From the NCBI GenBank assembly GCA_963705105.1, contig CAVPIW010000005.1:576001-640000 (forward strand): a stretch of DNA of 64,000 nt, read 5' to 3'. Position numbers and translations under genes: made by a program. A model generated the notes under the pieces. It saw only the letters and a program-made list of their open reading frames with translations, searched no databases and was not told the DNA's origin. Position 1 is the first letter of the stretch, and each line of letters begins with the position of its first letter. Below are positions 30,227 through 39,925 of this stretch, piece after piece. The DNA is from an uncultured Nitrospiraceae bacterium (lineage in GTDB: Bacteria; Nitrospirota; Thermodesulfovibrionia; Thermodesulfovibrionales; Dissulfurispiraceae).

Positions 30227-30922
30227 TCACGCCCTCTCGCCGAATATGGCTGTGCCGATCCGGACGAGAGTCGCTCCTTCCTCGACGGCGACGGTGAAGT
30301 CATGAGACATGCCCATGGACAGCTCGGGGAGCGGGAATCCCCGTTTTTCTGCATCGTCCCTCAGCTCCCTGAGTTTCCGGAAATAGGGCCTCGTCTCCTC
30401 GGCCTCCAGATACGGGGGCATGGTCATGAGGCCGAGAGGATGGAGATTCCGCAGGGACGATATCCCTTCAAGAAGCGGAATGAGTCCCTCCACGGGGACG
30501 CCGTGCTTCGTCTCCTCTTCGGAGAGCTTCACCTGGACGAGGACCTTCTGCACCTTGCCGAGCCTTTCGGCGTGATGATCGAGCACGGTTGCGAGCTCAA
30601 GGGAGTCAACGGTATGGATCATGTCGAAGAGAGAAACGGCGTGCTTCGCCTTGTTTTTCTGAAGATGGCCGATCAGGTGCCACTCGATCGTGCTCCTCAG
30701 GGGACCGAGCTCTGCCGATGTCACCTTGTCCTGTGCCTCCTGCACCCTGTTTTCCCCGAACACCCTGAGACCGGCATGATGGGCCTCCAGAACACGAGGG
30801 GCCTGTATGGTTTTCGTGACTGCCACGAGCCGGACTTCCGCCGGGTCTCTTCCGGCACGCATGGCGGCATGGCTCATCTGTCTGTATATCCCGGATGCCC
30901 TCTCCAGGATCGTATCTGCCAT
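30227..30922 (-). CDS. yggS: YggS family PLP homeostasis protein
   Basis: LVAVTK, FGENRVQE, WHLIGHLQKNK, GLMTMPP, LSMGMS.D, VRIGTAIFGER. Confidence 0.97.
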   Translation of the reverse strand: MADTILERASGIYRQMSHAAMRAGRDPAEVRLVAVTKTIQAPRVLEAHHAGLRVFGENRVQEAQDKVTSAELGPLRSTIEWHLIGHLQKNKAKHAVSLFDMIHTVDSLELATVLDHHAERLGKVQKVLVQVKLSEEETKHGVPVEGLIPLLEGISSLRNLHPLGLMTMPPYLEAEETRPYFRKLRELRDDAEKRGFPLPELSMGMSHDFTVAVEEGATLVRIGTAIFGERA

Positions 30923-30970
30923 ACAAAACCTCTTATGTCCTGCTCATCGTATTGTCAAGACGATGGTATA

Positions 30971-31245
30971 CCTCTCGGTTGCGTGAAGAGGCGGGGCGAA
31001 TGCGCTCTGAAATACAGTGTCAGTGACAGTGTGTGTGTCAGCAAAAAGTTCACCTTTTTCAGCCGTCGGCCTGAAATAGCTTCATCGATGTCGGGCCGTT
31101 CGGGGAACGGCTCCTACAGTAATCCACTCTTTGTGTCAAAGACCACCGGTGTATAGTTCGTCTGCCCTTTTGATACAGGTGTCGGCGCAGCAAGGTTTTC
31201 GGCGCATACACCCCGCCTTTCCGGAACGCGTATGCAACGATACCG
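30971..31245. repeat. Modular element (gamma+beta, long core) containing a GTAG-type REP at 31093-31117
   Basis: Reverse complement of the outer element at 62659-63120; includes the reverse complement of GTAGGAGCCGTTCCCCGAACGGCCC. Confidence 0.88.
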
Positions 31246-31293
31246 TGAAAAGGCTAATTTGTCATGACGGTTAAGGTTAGCCTCTCAGCCCCT

Positions 31294-31324
31294 GCAACTC
31301 GTAACTCGCAACCCGTAACCCGTA
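31294..31324. repeat. Heptamer tandem repeat (GYAACYC) x4
   Basis: GCAACTC GTAACTC GCAACCC GTAACCC GTA. Confidence 0.7.
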
Positions 31325-31431
31325 TAGTAAGTATCTCCGGTGATTTTATGCAAGAGAAGGCCATGCAAAGGGGAGGAGGAAAAGCCCGCGGCGACGCTGA
31401 CGGCCGCAGGATGAGTGTGCTAATATAGACC

Positions 31432-32877
31432 ATGTTGAACCGGCTGACCTTCTCGCTCAACATGAAACTCATCCTCATGATGCTTTTCCTGAGTTTCGTC
31501 CTCATCTCCATGATCCTTGTCCTTTATTCGCAGTCTGAAAAAACGCTCTTCCGCGAAATCGAGCGTCAGACGGCGGAGCTCGCAAAGGCGATCCAGATCG
31601 GTGTCGAGGAAATCACCGCCTCGGGTACCACCGATGAGGCCCGTCTCGAGCACTACCTGAAGAACCTCAATGCGAAGGGTGTCAACGAGATATCGATCAT
31701 CAGCAATTCCGAAGAGATCGTCGCCAGCAGCAATCCCTCGAAGGTCGGCCAGCCGATCACGCACAAAAGGAAGGAACTGATCATCAGGGCCGAGCTCGGC
31801 GAGCCCGTGTCGGAGGAAGGAATGGCGTATAACATGATCCTGCCCGTCATCGCCGGGGGAACCCAATATGGATACATCCACCTCAAGATCAACAAGGACG
31901 ACTTCTCCGACGTTCTGCGCCAGAACGCCATCAGCAGGATCCTGGCGACCCTTGCCGTTTTCGGACTGGGGATCATCATGACCCTCGTGCTGTCGAAACG
32001 CTATACCCGTCCGATCCAGGACGTCGTCGACGGGGCCGTGCGGGTGGCGGCGGGGGACCTGAACCAGAACATACCCGTCAAGGCGCGCGACGAGATCGGC
32101 CAGTTGGCGGAGGCGTTCAATTATATGGTCGAGAAACTGAAGGAAACGAGGAAGATCGAAGAGCGGCTCCGTGAAGCGGAGCATCTCTCCGGCCTCGGCC
32201 AGCTCTCCCGGAATATGGCTCATGAGATCAGAAACCCCCTCAATTTCATCAACCTCAGCATCGACCACATCGGCGGCAAGTACCGGCCCGAAGACCCCGG
32301 CGATCAGGAGAAATTCCTGAACCTCATCGGCGGCATAAAGCAGGAGATCCAGCGCCTGAACAAACTCGTCAACGACTTCCTCGATTACAGCAGACAGATC
32401 AAGCTCAACCTGCAGACCGTGCGTATCGACAGTCTCCTCGAGGACGTTATGGACCTTGTCTGGGCCAAAGCGGAAGCCGACGGGATCAGGATCGAAAAGG
32501 CGTACCTGGCGGCGGTGGAGCTGAAGGTCGACCCGGACCTGTTCAAGTCATGCATATTCAACATCGTGACAAACGCCTTTCATGCCATGGCCGACCTGGA
32601 CCGCGAGAAAGTGCTGAAGGTGAAAACGGATATTGAAGGGGCCGATTACGTACTGACGATCTCCGACAGCGGCGAAGGAGTGTCCCCCGAGAACCTGCCG
32701 AGGATATTCGAGCCCTTCTTTTCGACGAAACAGAACGGTCTCGGACTCGGTCTTCCCATGACGAAGAGAGTGATGGAGGAACACCACGGGAGAGTGGAAT
32801 TCTCGAGTGTCAAAGGCGCCGGGAGCGAAGTGAGGCTGGTCCTTCCCGTCGAGGCCCAGGGACCGGGTCCGGAATAA
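31432..32877 (+). CDS. Membrane sensor histidine kinase with HAMP domain
   Basis: 2 TM, DEIGQLAEAFN, AHEIRNPL, N-box, DSGEG, FEPFFSTK, GLGLGL. Confidence 0.95.
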   Translation: MLNRLTFSLNMKLILMMLFLSFVLISMILVLYSQSEKTLFREIERQTAELAKAIQIGVEEITASGTTDEARLEHYLKNLNAKGVNEISIISNSEEIVASSNPSKVGQPITHKRKELIIRAELGEPVSEEGMAYNMILPVIAGGTQYGYIHLKINKDDFSDVLRQNAISRILATLAVFGLGIIMTLVLSKRYTRPIQDVVDGAVRVAAGDLNQNIPVKARDEIGQLAEAFNYMVEKLKETRKIEERLREAEHLSGLGQLSRNMAHEIRNPLNFINLSIDHIGGKYRPEDPGDQEKFLNLIGGIKQEIQRLNKLVNDFLDYSRQIKLNLQTVRIDSLLEDVMDLVWAKAEADGIRIEKAYLAAVELKVDPDLFKSCIFNIVTNAFHAMADLDREKVLKVKTDIEGADYVLTISDSGEGVSPENLPRIFEPFFSTKQNGLGLGLPMTKRVMEEHHGRVEFSSVKGAGSEVRLVLPVEAQGPGPE

Positions 32878-34271
32878 TGGCTGTGATCGTTGTTATCGAT
32901 GATGAGCGCCGCCAGCGGGAAATCCTGAAGACCATCCTCGATGAGGAAGGGTACGAGGTCCACACGGCTTCATCCGCCGAGGAGGGCCTGGACTTCATCA
33001 CGACCCTGAGGCCCGATGTCGTCATCACCGATCTGAAAATGGGAGGCATGAGCGGCCTCCAGCTCCTGGAACATATCCCCGATGAAGCGGTGAAGCCCTC
33101 GGTGATCATCATGACCGCCTACGGGACGATCTCTTCCGCTGTCGACGCCATGAAGAAGGGCGCCTTCGACTATGTCACGAAACCTCTCGAAAAAGACGCC
33201 ATCATCCTGACCATCGGCAAGGCGGTGGAGCGTATCGAGCTGCTGAAAGAGAATATCCGCCTTCAGGACGCCCTCTTTGACAGGTTCAAGATCGAAGGGA
33301 TCGTGGGGAACTCCGGAAAGATGAAGGAAGCGATGGAGGTTGTCCGCAAGGTGACTCCCACGTCAGCGACAGTTCTCATTCTTGGCGAGAGCGGCACGGG
33401 AAAGGAGCTCATCGCCCGGGCGATTCATTACAACAGTCCGCGCAGGACCGGACCCTTTACGGCGATCAACTGCGCCGCCATCCCTGAGAATCTGATCGAG
33501 AGCGAACTCTTCGGGTATGAACCGGGATCGTTCACCGGGGCGACGCATAGGAAGCTCGGTCTCTTCGAATCAACCGATGCCGGCACGCTCTTCCTCGATG
33601 AAGTGGGAGACCTGCCGCCCCTGACGCAGACAAAGATCCTGAGGGTGATGCAGGACAAGGAAGTCAGGAGACTGGGCGGCAAGAACTCCATCAAGGTCGA
33701 CGTAAGGATCATCGCCGCGACGAACAAGGACCTCGACCGGGAAGTGAAACAGGGGAGGTTCCGCGAGGACCTCTACTACCGGTTCAAGGTTGTTACCGTT
33801 GAACTCCCCCCTCTCCGGGAGAGAAAGGAGGATATCCCGACCCTTGTCACGTATTTCGTCGACAAGTACAACAAGGAGTTCGGCAAGCGGATCAGGGAGG
33901 TGAGCGACAGTGCGATGAAGGCGCTCGTCAGCTACCACTGGCCGGGAAACATCAGGCATCTCGAATCGGTCGTCGAGCGTGCCGTCATCCTCTGTGACAG
34001 CGATTCCATCAACCTTCACGACATCAGGAGCGAACTTCGGGTGTCCCAGGACAAGAGCGCCCTCGATCTCGAAATCCCCGATGAAGGGATCAATTTCGAG
34101 GAACTCGAGAAAGAGCTGATCAAGAAGGCGATGATCAAGGCGAATAACGTGGCCGCAAAGGCTGCGCGATACCTCGGCATGAGCTATAAGACTTTCTGGT
34201 ACCGTCTCGAAAAATTCGGCCTGTCGTCCGTATCCCCAAAAGAGGATGTCATTCCCGAAAAGAGAACTTGA
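32877..34271 (+). CDS. Sigma54-dependent (NtrC family) response regulator
   Basis: REC domain, GESGTGKE, ESELFG..GSFTGA, FLDEV, FREDLYYR, WPGNIR, Fis HTH. Confidence 0.96.
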   Translation: MAVIVVIDDERRQREILKTILDEEGYEVHTASSAEEGLDFITTLRPDVVITDLKMGGMSGLQLLEHIPDEAVKPSVIIMTAYGTISSAVDAMKKGAFDYVTKPLEKDAIILTIGKAVERIELLKENIRLQDALFDRFKIEGIVGNSGKMKEAMEVVRKVTPTSATVLILGESGTGKELIARAIHYNSPRRTGPFTAINCAAIPENLIESELFGYEPGSFTGATHRKLGLFESTDAGTLFLDEVGDLPPLTQTKILRVMQDKEVRRLGGKNSIKVDVRIIAATNKDLDREVKQGRFREDLYYRFKVVTVELPPLRERKEDIPTLVTYFVDKYNKEFGKRIREVSDSAMKALVSYHWPGNIRHLESVVERAVILCDSDSINLHDIRSELRVSQDKSALDLEIPDEGINFEELEKELIKKAMIKANNVAAKAARYLGMSYKTFWYRLEKFGLSSVSPKEDVIPEKRT

Positions 34272-34334
34272 ATTCAGCCGTCATTCTTCGGTATGCTCTT
34301 GTCTGTATTATGATTCATGTGCAGGCCCCGGTCC

Positions 34335-34349
34335 TGGCATCGAGCTTGC
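34335..34349 (+). promoter_or_regulatory. Sigma54 (-24/-12) promoter
   Basis: TGGCATC-GAGC-TTGC, 60 nt upstream of GTG 34409. Confidence 0.78.
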
Positions 34350-34408
34350 TTTAAGTCATGTGGCCAAAATTGGGGATTGATACAGAAACGAAAGGAGGTG
34401 ATTCAAGA

Positions 34409-34921
34409 GTGAAGAAAGGTTTCGCATTGATCGTTGCTATTCTTTTTGCATTCTCAATGACTGCAGTGTCATTCGCAGCCGAGAAGCCCGCGGCAGCGCC
34501 GGCTCCTGCTCCTGCTGAGAAGAAGGCGGCAGCCCCTGCTGAGAAGAAGGCGGCAGCCCCTGCCGAGAAGAAAGCCCCTGCGAAGAAGCATCAGGTGACC
34601 GGTGAAGTTGCAGCAGTCGACGCAGCAGCTAACTCCATCACCATCAAGGGGAAGAAGGGTGACGTCGTTATCTCCGCAGACGCGAAGATGCTCGCAGACG
34701 TGAAGGTTGGTGACAAGGTCGTCGCCAAGTACGAGGAGAAGGACGGAAAGAACGTTGCCAAGAGCGTAAAGAAGTCCGCCGCGAAGGCAGAGAAGAAGGC
34801 CGAGCCGAAGAAGGCCGAGCCTGCAAAGGCTGAGCCGAAGAAGGCCGAGCCCGCAAAGGCTGAGCCGAAGAAGGCCGAGCCCGCACCTGCTGCCAAGCCG
34901 GCTGAACCTGCCAAGAAATAG
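34409..34921 (+). CDS. Exported Ala/Lys/Pro-rich protein with a central small beta (CusF/DUF5666-like) domain
   Basis: GGAGG RBS, GTG start, signal peptide (SFA-AE), APAEKK and AEPKKAEPAK repeats, VTGEVAAVD...VKVGDKV core. Confidence 0.8.
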   Translation: MKKGFALIVAILFAFSMTAVSFAAEKPAAAPAPAPAEKKAAAPAEKKAAAPAEKKAPAKKHQVTGEVAAVDAAANSITIKGKKGDVVISADAKMLADVKVGDKVVAKYEEKDGKNVAKSVKKSAAKAEKKAEPKKAEPAKAEPKKAEPAKAEPKKAEPAPAAKPAEPAKK

Positions 34922-34932
34922 TTCTTGCAACA

Positions 34933-34979
34933 GGAAAAAAGGGGACGGCCTCATGACGGGTCGTCCCTCTTTTTTTTCC
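34933..34979 (+). terminator. Intrinsic terminator
   Basis: AAAAAAGGGGACGGCC...GGTCGTCCCTCTTTTTTTT. Confidence 0.85.
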
Positions 34980-35104
34980 CTTATCCGGAATGCTGTTTTT
35001 TTTACGTTTGATGCACAGCAGAATTATGCGAAAACGGGGACGTTGACGGCTCATATGCCCCGTGCCTTTTGATGCAGTAATCCAGCAAGCAAGGAGGCCG
35101 CAGC

Positions 35105-36271
35105 ATGATCACGATTCAGATGGCGGACCGTGTCCGGAACCTGCCGCCCTATCTCTTCGCGTCCATCGATAAGATGAAACAGGACGCCCTCGCCCAGGGG
35201 ATGGACCTCATCGATCTGAGCATCGGAGATCCCGACATCCCGACGCCGGACCCTATCGTTGAGGCCATGAAGAGGGCCGTCGACAAACCTGAACATCACC
35301 GCTATCCCTCCTATGAGGGGATGCTCTCATACAGAGAAGCCGTGAGCGCCTGGTATCGAAGGAGATTTGGCGTGGATCTCGACGCGAAGACGGAGGTGCT
35401 GTCTCTCATCGGGTCGAAGGAAGGCATCGGGCACGTGCCCCTTGCCTTCGTCAATCCCGGTGATGTCGTTCTTGTCCCCTCGCCCGGATACCCTGTCTAT
35501 CCCGTTGGAACGCTCTTTGCGGGTGGAGAATCCCACATCATGCCGTTGACGGAAGAGAACGATTTCCTTCCTTCCTTCGACGCAATCCCGGCGTCGGTCC
35601 TGGGAAGGGCGAAGATGATGTTTTTGAACTATCCCAACAACCCGACGTCTGCCGTCGCCCCCCCATCGTTCTACCGGCAGGCTATAGAAATAGCGGCCAG
35701 GCACAATATCATCATCTGCCATGACGCTGCCTACTCGGAGATGTACTTCGACGAAGAACGGCCCATGAGTTTCCTCGAAATCGAAGGAGCCAGGGATGTA
35801 GGTATAGAATTCCATTCCCTCTCCAAGACCTATAACATGACCGGGTGGAGGATCGGGTTCGCCGTCGGCAACAGGGAGATCCTCGCAGGACTGGGAAAGA
35901 TCAAGACCAACCTCGATTCGGGTGTTTTCCAGGCCATCCAGGAAGCGGCCATTGTCGCGATGGAAACCGACGACACCGTTCTTGCCGCCATCAGGAGGAC
36001 ATACGAAGAGAGGAGGGACGTGCTCTGCTCAGGCCTCGAGCATCTCGGCCTGAAGGTCAGGAGGCCGAAAGCCACTTTTTACTGCTGGGTGAAGGTCCCG
36101 GAGGGGTTCGACTCGTCGTCTTTCGTCGCCCACCTGCTGAAAAATACGGGCGTGCTCGGGACGCCTGGTGTCGGCTTCGGCAGTCCCGGCGAGGGGTACA
36201 TCCGGTTTGCCCTGACCCAGCCTGTCGGCCGGATCAGCGAGGCCGTCGGGCGGATCGGGAAGGTCCTGTAA
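35105..36271 (+). CDS. dapL: LL-diaminopimelate aminotransferase
   Basis: LPPYLFA, IGDPDIPTP, LIGSKEGI, NYPNNPT, HDAAYSE, SLSKTYNMTGWRIG. Confidence 0.9.
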   Translation: MITIQMADRVRNLPPYLFASIDKMKQDALAQGMDLIDLSIGDPDIPTPDPIVEAMKRAVDKPEHHRYPSYEGMLSYREAVSAWYRRRFGVDLDAKTEVLSLIGSKEGIGHVPLAFVNPGDVVLVPSPGYPVYPVGTLFAGGESHIMPLTEENDFLPSFDAIPASVLGRAKMMFLNYPNNPTSAVAPPSFYRQAIEIAARHNIIICHDAAYSEMYFDEERPMSFLEIEGARDVGIEFHSLSKTYNMTGWRIGFAVGNREILAGLGKIKTNLDSGVFQAIQEAAIVAMETDDTVLAAIRRTYEERRDVLCSGLEHLGLKVRRPKATFYCWVKVPEGFDSSSFVAHLLKNTGVLGTPGVGFGSPGEGYIRFALTQPVGRISEAVGRIGKVL

Positions 36272-36272
36272 A

Positions 36273-36484
36273 CCTCTTAGTTGCATGGAAAGGCGGGACA
36301 AATTGCCTCAAAGCCTTGCTGATAGCGAGCATGATCATTTGAAATGGGACATTGAGGATTCCACCCTTTGGTTCATCAACCGTGAGGCTGAAATGATCCG
36401 TATGGGAAGGCAAAGGTTTCGCAGCACCAAGGCTTTTCGGCATCTTCGCCCCGCCTTTCCTGATAACCTATTGCAACGATAAGG
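36273..36484. repeat. 212-bp MITE-like element (delta+alpha)
   Basis: Reverse-complement homologue of 6828-7039, inserted immediately after the dapL TAA. Confidence 0.9.
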
Positions 36485-36498
36485 TAACCATTCTGTAC

Positions 36499-36993
36499 AT
36501 GTCTCGCGTATTCATCGGGATAGGGTCCAACCTCGGCGACAGGAGGGCGAACTGCCGGGCTGCCGTGAGAATGCTGGAAGAGAGAGGCATCAGGGTGGTG
36601 AAAACATCCGCCCTTATCGAAACTGAGCCCTGGGGGGTGAAAGAACAGCCCCCGTTCATCAATATGGCGCTCGAGGCCGAAACGGAACTCGATCCGCAGA
36701 TGCTCCTCGGCGCACTCAAGGATATCGAGCGCGCACTGGGCAGACAGGAGACCCTCCGATGGGGACCCCGGACGGTGGATCTCGACATCCTGTTCTATGA
36801 CGATCTCGTCATGAACGGCGAAACGCTCCGGATCCCCCATCCCCTTCTCCATGCGAGGGATTTCGTCCTGATCCCTCTCGCCGGGATCGCGCCGGACAAG
36901 GTCCATCCCATACTCAAGAAAACAATTGCGGAGCTCAGGAGGGAATTAGAACATGACGCATACACTGACGATCAAGAGCAGGGCGAAAACTGA
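36499..36993 (+). CDS. folK: 2-amino-4-hydroxy-6-hydroxymethyldihydropteridine pyrophosphokinase
   Basis: IGIGSNLG, ETEPWG, FIN, RWGPRTVDLDIL, IPHP, RDFVL. Confidence 0.96.
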   Translation: MSRVFIGIGSNLGDRRANCRAAVRMLEERGIRVVKTSALIETEPWGVKEQPPFINMALEAETELDPQMLLGALKDIERALGRQETLRWGPRTVDLDILFYDDLVMNGETLRIPHPLLHARDFVLIPLAGIAPDKVHPILKKTIAELRRELEHDAYTDDQEQGEN

Positions 36994-37345
36994 GTTCATC
37001 GACATCACCGACGACGTGCAGAGGCTGGTCAGGGAGTCAGGAGTGAACAGCGGTGTCTGTTTCCTCTATGTGCCGCATACGACGGCGGGGATAACGATCA
37101 ACGAAGGCGCCGATCCGTCGGTGAAGCGGGACATTCTGGCGACGGTGAACCGTCTCATCCCCTTCGACGGCGACTACCATCACAGGGAGGGCAACTCGGC
37201 TGCCCATATCAAGTCGACCATCGTCGGCGTGTCTCTCTTCCTGCTCATCGAGGACGGCCACCCCATGCTCGGCACGTGGCAGTCCGTCTATTTCTGCGAA
37301 TTCGACGGGCCGCGCCACCGGAGGGTGCTCGTCAGGATCACGTAA
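36953..37345 (+). CDS. yjbQ: YjbQ (UPF0047) family protein
   Basis: PHTTAGITINE.ADP, H.EGNSAAHIK, LGTWQ..YFCEFDGPR. Confidence 0.95.
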   Translation: MTHTLTIKSRAKTEFIDITDDVQRLVRESGVNSGVCFLYVPHTTAGITINEGADPSVKRDILATVNRLIPFDGDYHHREGNSAAHIKSTIVGVSLFLLIEDGHPMLGTWQSVYFCEFDGPRHRRVLVRIT

Positions 37346-37348
37346 CTA

Positions 37349-37691
37349 TACAGTGTCAGTGACAGTGTGAGTGTGAGTGAAAGGATTACAGAGGCGTCGA
37401 GCACCAGGAACTTTTCGGCATCCTGGCGCCGCCCTTCCGGATGTCCTGTTGCAATGCACTTCCGGGAAAGGCGGGGCGTATGCGCCGAAAACCTTGCTGC
37501 GGCGACACCTGTATCAAAACGAGAGATGAACTATACGCCAATGGTCGATGACACAAAGAGTGGAATCCTGAAACACGAGGCTGACGAGGCGTATAGTCGC
37601 CTTCAGCAAGGCTTTGAGGCGCTTCGCCCCGCCTTTTCATGCAACAGAAAGGTTTACAGTGTCAGTGAGAGTGTGAGTGTGAGTGAAAGGA
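37349..37691. repeat. Modular element (partial alpha end; beta+delta) flanked by 37-bp direct repeats
   Basis: TACAGTGTCAGTGA(C/G)AGTGTGAGTGTGAGTGAAAGGA at 37349-37385 and 37655-37691; core nearly identical to 19865-20055. Confidence 0.88.
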
Positions 37692-37790
37692 ATATATTCT
37701 CAGGCATAGCGCACCCAAAGGGCACAAAATGAAACAGGGGTAGCGGCAGGAAAGGGAGTCTCTCCCTATGGGTGTATGCGAGCGTGAGCA

Positions 37791-39512
37791 TTAATAATAT
37801 TCCAGGGGTATCTTTGCGAGCAGCTCCTCGAATGTCGTCATGCCGGCCTTCACCTTGTTCCATCCGTCCTCGAAGAGAAACACCACCCCTTCCCCCTTCG
37901 CCGCTTTGAACAGTTCGTCCTCGCCGGCATTCCGCGAAATGAGCCTGCGGAGGTTCGGTGTGATCGGGAGAAACTCATAGACGGCCAGCCTGCCTGAATA
38001 GCCGGTATGAAAGCATTGGGGGCACCCTTTGCCGGCATAGCACGTTGCGATCTCCGGCAACCGGTGTTGCTCGCAAATTAAAGCGACCTCGTCGGGCAAG
38101 GGGATCTCCTGCTTGCAGTTCATGCAGATTTTTTTAACGAGCCGCTGGGCGAGAAGACCGCTCAGGGCGGAACTGAGGAGATAGGAGGGGATGCCGATGT
38201 TGATAAGTCTGGTGATTGTGGCCACGGTATTGTTCGTGTGAAGGGTGGACATGACGAAATGACCGGTGAGTGCCCCCTTGATGGCGATTTCGGCGGTCTT
38301 GAAATCGCGGATCTCACCCACCTTGATGACATCGGGGTCCTGGCGCAGCACGGACCGGAGGACCGCAGGGAAGGTGCGGTTGACAGACTCATCGACCTGC
38401 ACCTGTGTCACACCGTCGAGCTTGTATTCGACGGGATCTTCTATGGTGATGATATTTCTCTTCTCGGAACGGATCAGGTTGAGGCAGGAATAGAGGGTTG
38501 TCGTTTTTCCGCTGCCCGTCGGCCCGGTGACGATGAACATCCCCTGGGGGCGGTTCAGCATCTCCAGGAGAGGTTCCTTGATGTAATCGGGCATGTGGAG
38601 TTCGTCGAGGGAGACGATGCCCGTGCTCTGGTTCAGCAGGCGGATGACGATCTTTTCGCCATATATGGAGGGGAGCGTCGATATTCTCAGGTCGACGAGA
38701 TTTCCCTGAAACGACACATGGGTGCCGCCGTCCTGCGAGAGGCGCCTGTTCGTGATGTCGAGGCCCGAAATGATCTTGATTCTCGACACGACGGAATCAT
38801 GGATGTTCTTGTCATATTTGTAAATGTTGCGGAGGTCTCCGTCGACCCTCAGTCTCACCTGAACAAACCGTTCCCGCGGTTCGATATGGATGTCGCTCGC
38901 CCTCGCCTGGACAGCCTCCGCGATGACCATTGCCACGAGTTTCACGATAGGCGGCGATTTGCTCTTTGAATAGAGCGACTCCAGGTTGACATCGCCCTCC
39001 GCGGACCTGTCCTCGACGAACTGCACTTCCTCGTCGACGGCCATATTCAGGCTGAACAGGTCGGGCGCCTTTGCGCCGCTCGGCTGTCCGTTCCCGTAAT
39101 TCCTGTCGATCGCGTCGATGAGGTTCTGCTCATAGGCGATGACGGGAGACACCTTCAGTTTCGTCTTGAACGTTATCTCGTCGATCACCTTATAATCGAG
39201 GGGATTCGCCATGGCGAGGATGAGAACGTCATTTTTCCTTTCAATGGGGAGCACAATCTCTCTCTTTGCCAGCAGCCTGCCGACATAGTCCTTCAGATCA
39301 TTGGGCACAACGAGATCGGTACAGTTGATGATCGGTATCCTGAGTTTTTTTGACAGGGCCTCGGTGATCTGGTCTCTCGTCACATAGCCCAGTCCGACAA
39401 GGATCCTGCCGATTTTTTGTCTCTTTATCTTTTGAATTTCCAGCGCCTGCTCGATCTGCGCCTCCGTCAGCAGGCCCAATTCCACAAGTATCTCGCCCAG
39501 CTTTTTATTCAT
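37791..39512 (-). CDS. GspE/PilB family secretion ATPase with MshEN-like N-terminus
   Basis: KKLGEILVELGLLT...KIGRILVGLG, ASDIHIEP, GPTGSGKTT, TIEDPVEY, LRQDPD, STLHTN, CxxC...CxxC. Confidence 0.95.
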   Translation of the reverse strand: MNKKLGEILVELGLLTEAQIEQALEIQKIKRQKIGRILVGLGYVTRDQITEALSKKLRIPIINCTDLVVPNDLKDYVGRLLAKREIVLPIERKNDVLILAMANPLDYKVIDEITFKTKLKVSPVIAYEQNLIDAIDRNYGNGQPSGAKAPDLFSLNMAVDEEVQFVEDRSAEGDVNLESLYSKSKSPPIVKLVAMVIAEAVQARASDIHIEPRERFVQVRLRVDGDLRNIYKYDKNIHDSVVSRIKIISGLDITNRRLSQDGGTHVSFQGNLVDLRISTLPSIYGEKIVIRLLNQSTGIVSLDELHMPDYIKEPLLEMLNRPQGMFIVTGPTGSGKTTTLYSCLNLIRSEKRNIITIEDPVEYKLDGVTQVQVDESVNRTFPAVLRSVLRQDPDVIKVGEIRDFKTAEIAIKGALTGHFVMSTLHTNNTVATITRLINIGIPSYLLSSALSGLLAQRLVKKICMNCKQEIPLPDEVALICEQHRLPEIATCYAGKGCPQCFHTGYSGRLAVYEFLPITPNLRRLISRNAGEDELFKAAKGEGVVFLFEDGWNKVKAGMTTFEELLAKIPLEYY

Positions 39513-39656
39513 CCCTGTTTTCCCCTCGATGGAGACTGGTTTTCAGAAAGTGCTACTTATTATTTCGGGCAAAGGGGGAAAAACTTTACGCGGAGAGGCA
39601 CTTACGGAAACCTGCGCCAGGACGGGACCGGTCCGGTCGTCGCCCCCGCGGAGCGG

Positions 39657-39686
39657 TTGCCCTTGCGATGATCCCTTTGTTATAAT
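39657..39686 (+). promoter_or_regulatory. Sigma70 promoter (extended -10) for tRNA-Met
   Basis: TTGCCC-N18-TATAAT with TGn before the -10. Confidence 0.65.
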
Positions 39687-39703
39687 GAAAATCTTCATAC
39701 GGC

Positions 39704-39777
39704 GGCGGCGTAGCTCAGTTGGTCAGAGCATGCGGCTCATATCCGCAGTGTCCGGGGTTCAAATCCCTGCGCCGCCA
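39704..39777 (+). tRNA. tRNA with CAT anticodon, probably elongator tRNA-Met; CCA not encoded
   Basis: GGCGGCGTAGCTCAGTTGGTCAGAGCATGCGGCT-CAT-ATCCGCAGTGTCCGGGGTTCAAATCCCTGCGCCGCCA. G1-C72 is paired, so it is not an initiator. Confidence 0.93.
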
Positions 39778-39925
39778 CTTTTTCTCTTCCGCCTTTTCAA
39801 ATGCAAGGTATATTCAACGGTGGAACAGCTGAAATCGGATCGGATGATGTCATTACCATTTTTCCACGCCCATCAAGTATAATACGGGACTGTTTTCTTG
39901 CACCGAGGTCATCAGGGAACAAGGT

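Noticed and set aside
34780..34915. 30-nt tandem DNA repeats
   Set aside because: They encode the AEPKKAEPAK protein repeats and need no separate explanation.
39704..39777. tRNA-Met as an island integration site
   Set aside because: It is followed directly by core genes (transketolase, ftsEX); no integrase or duplicated 3' end seen.
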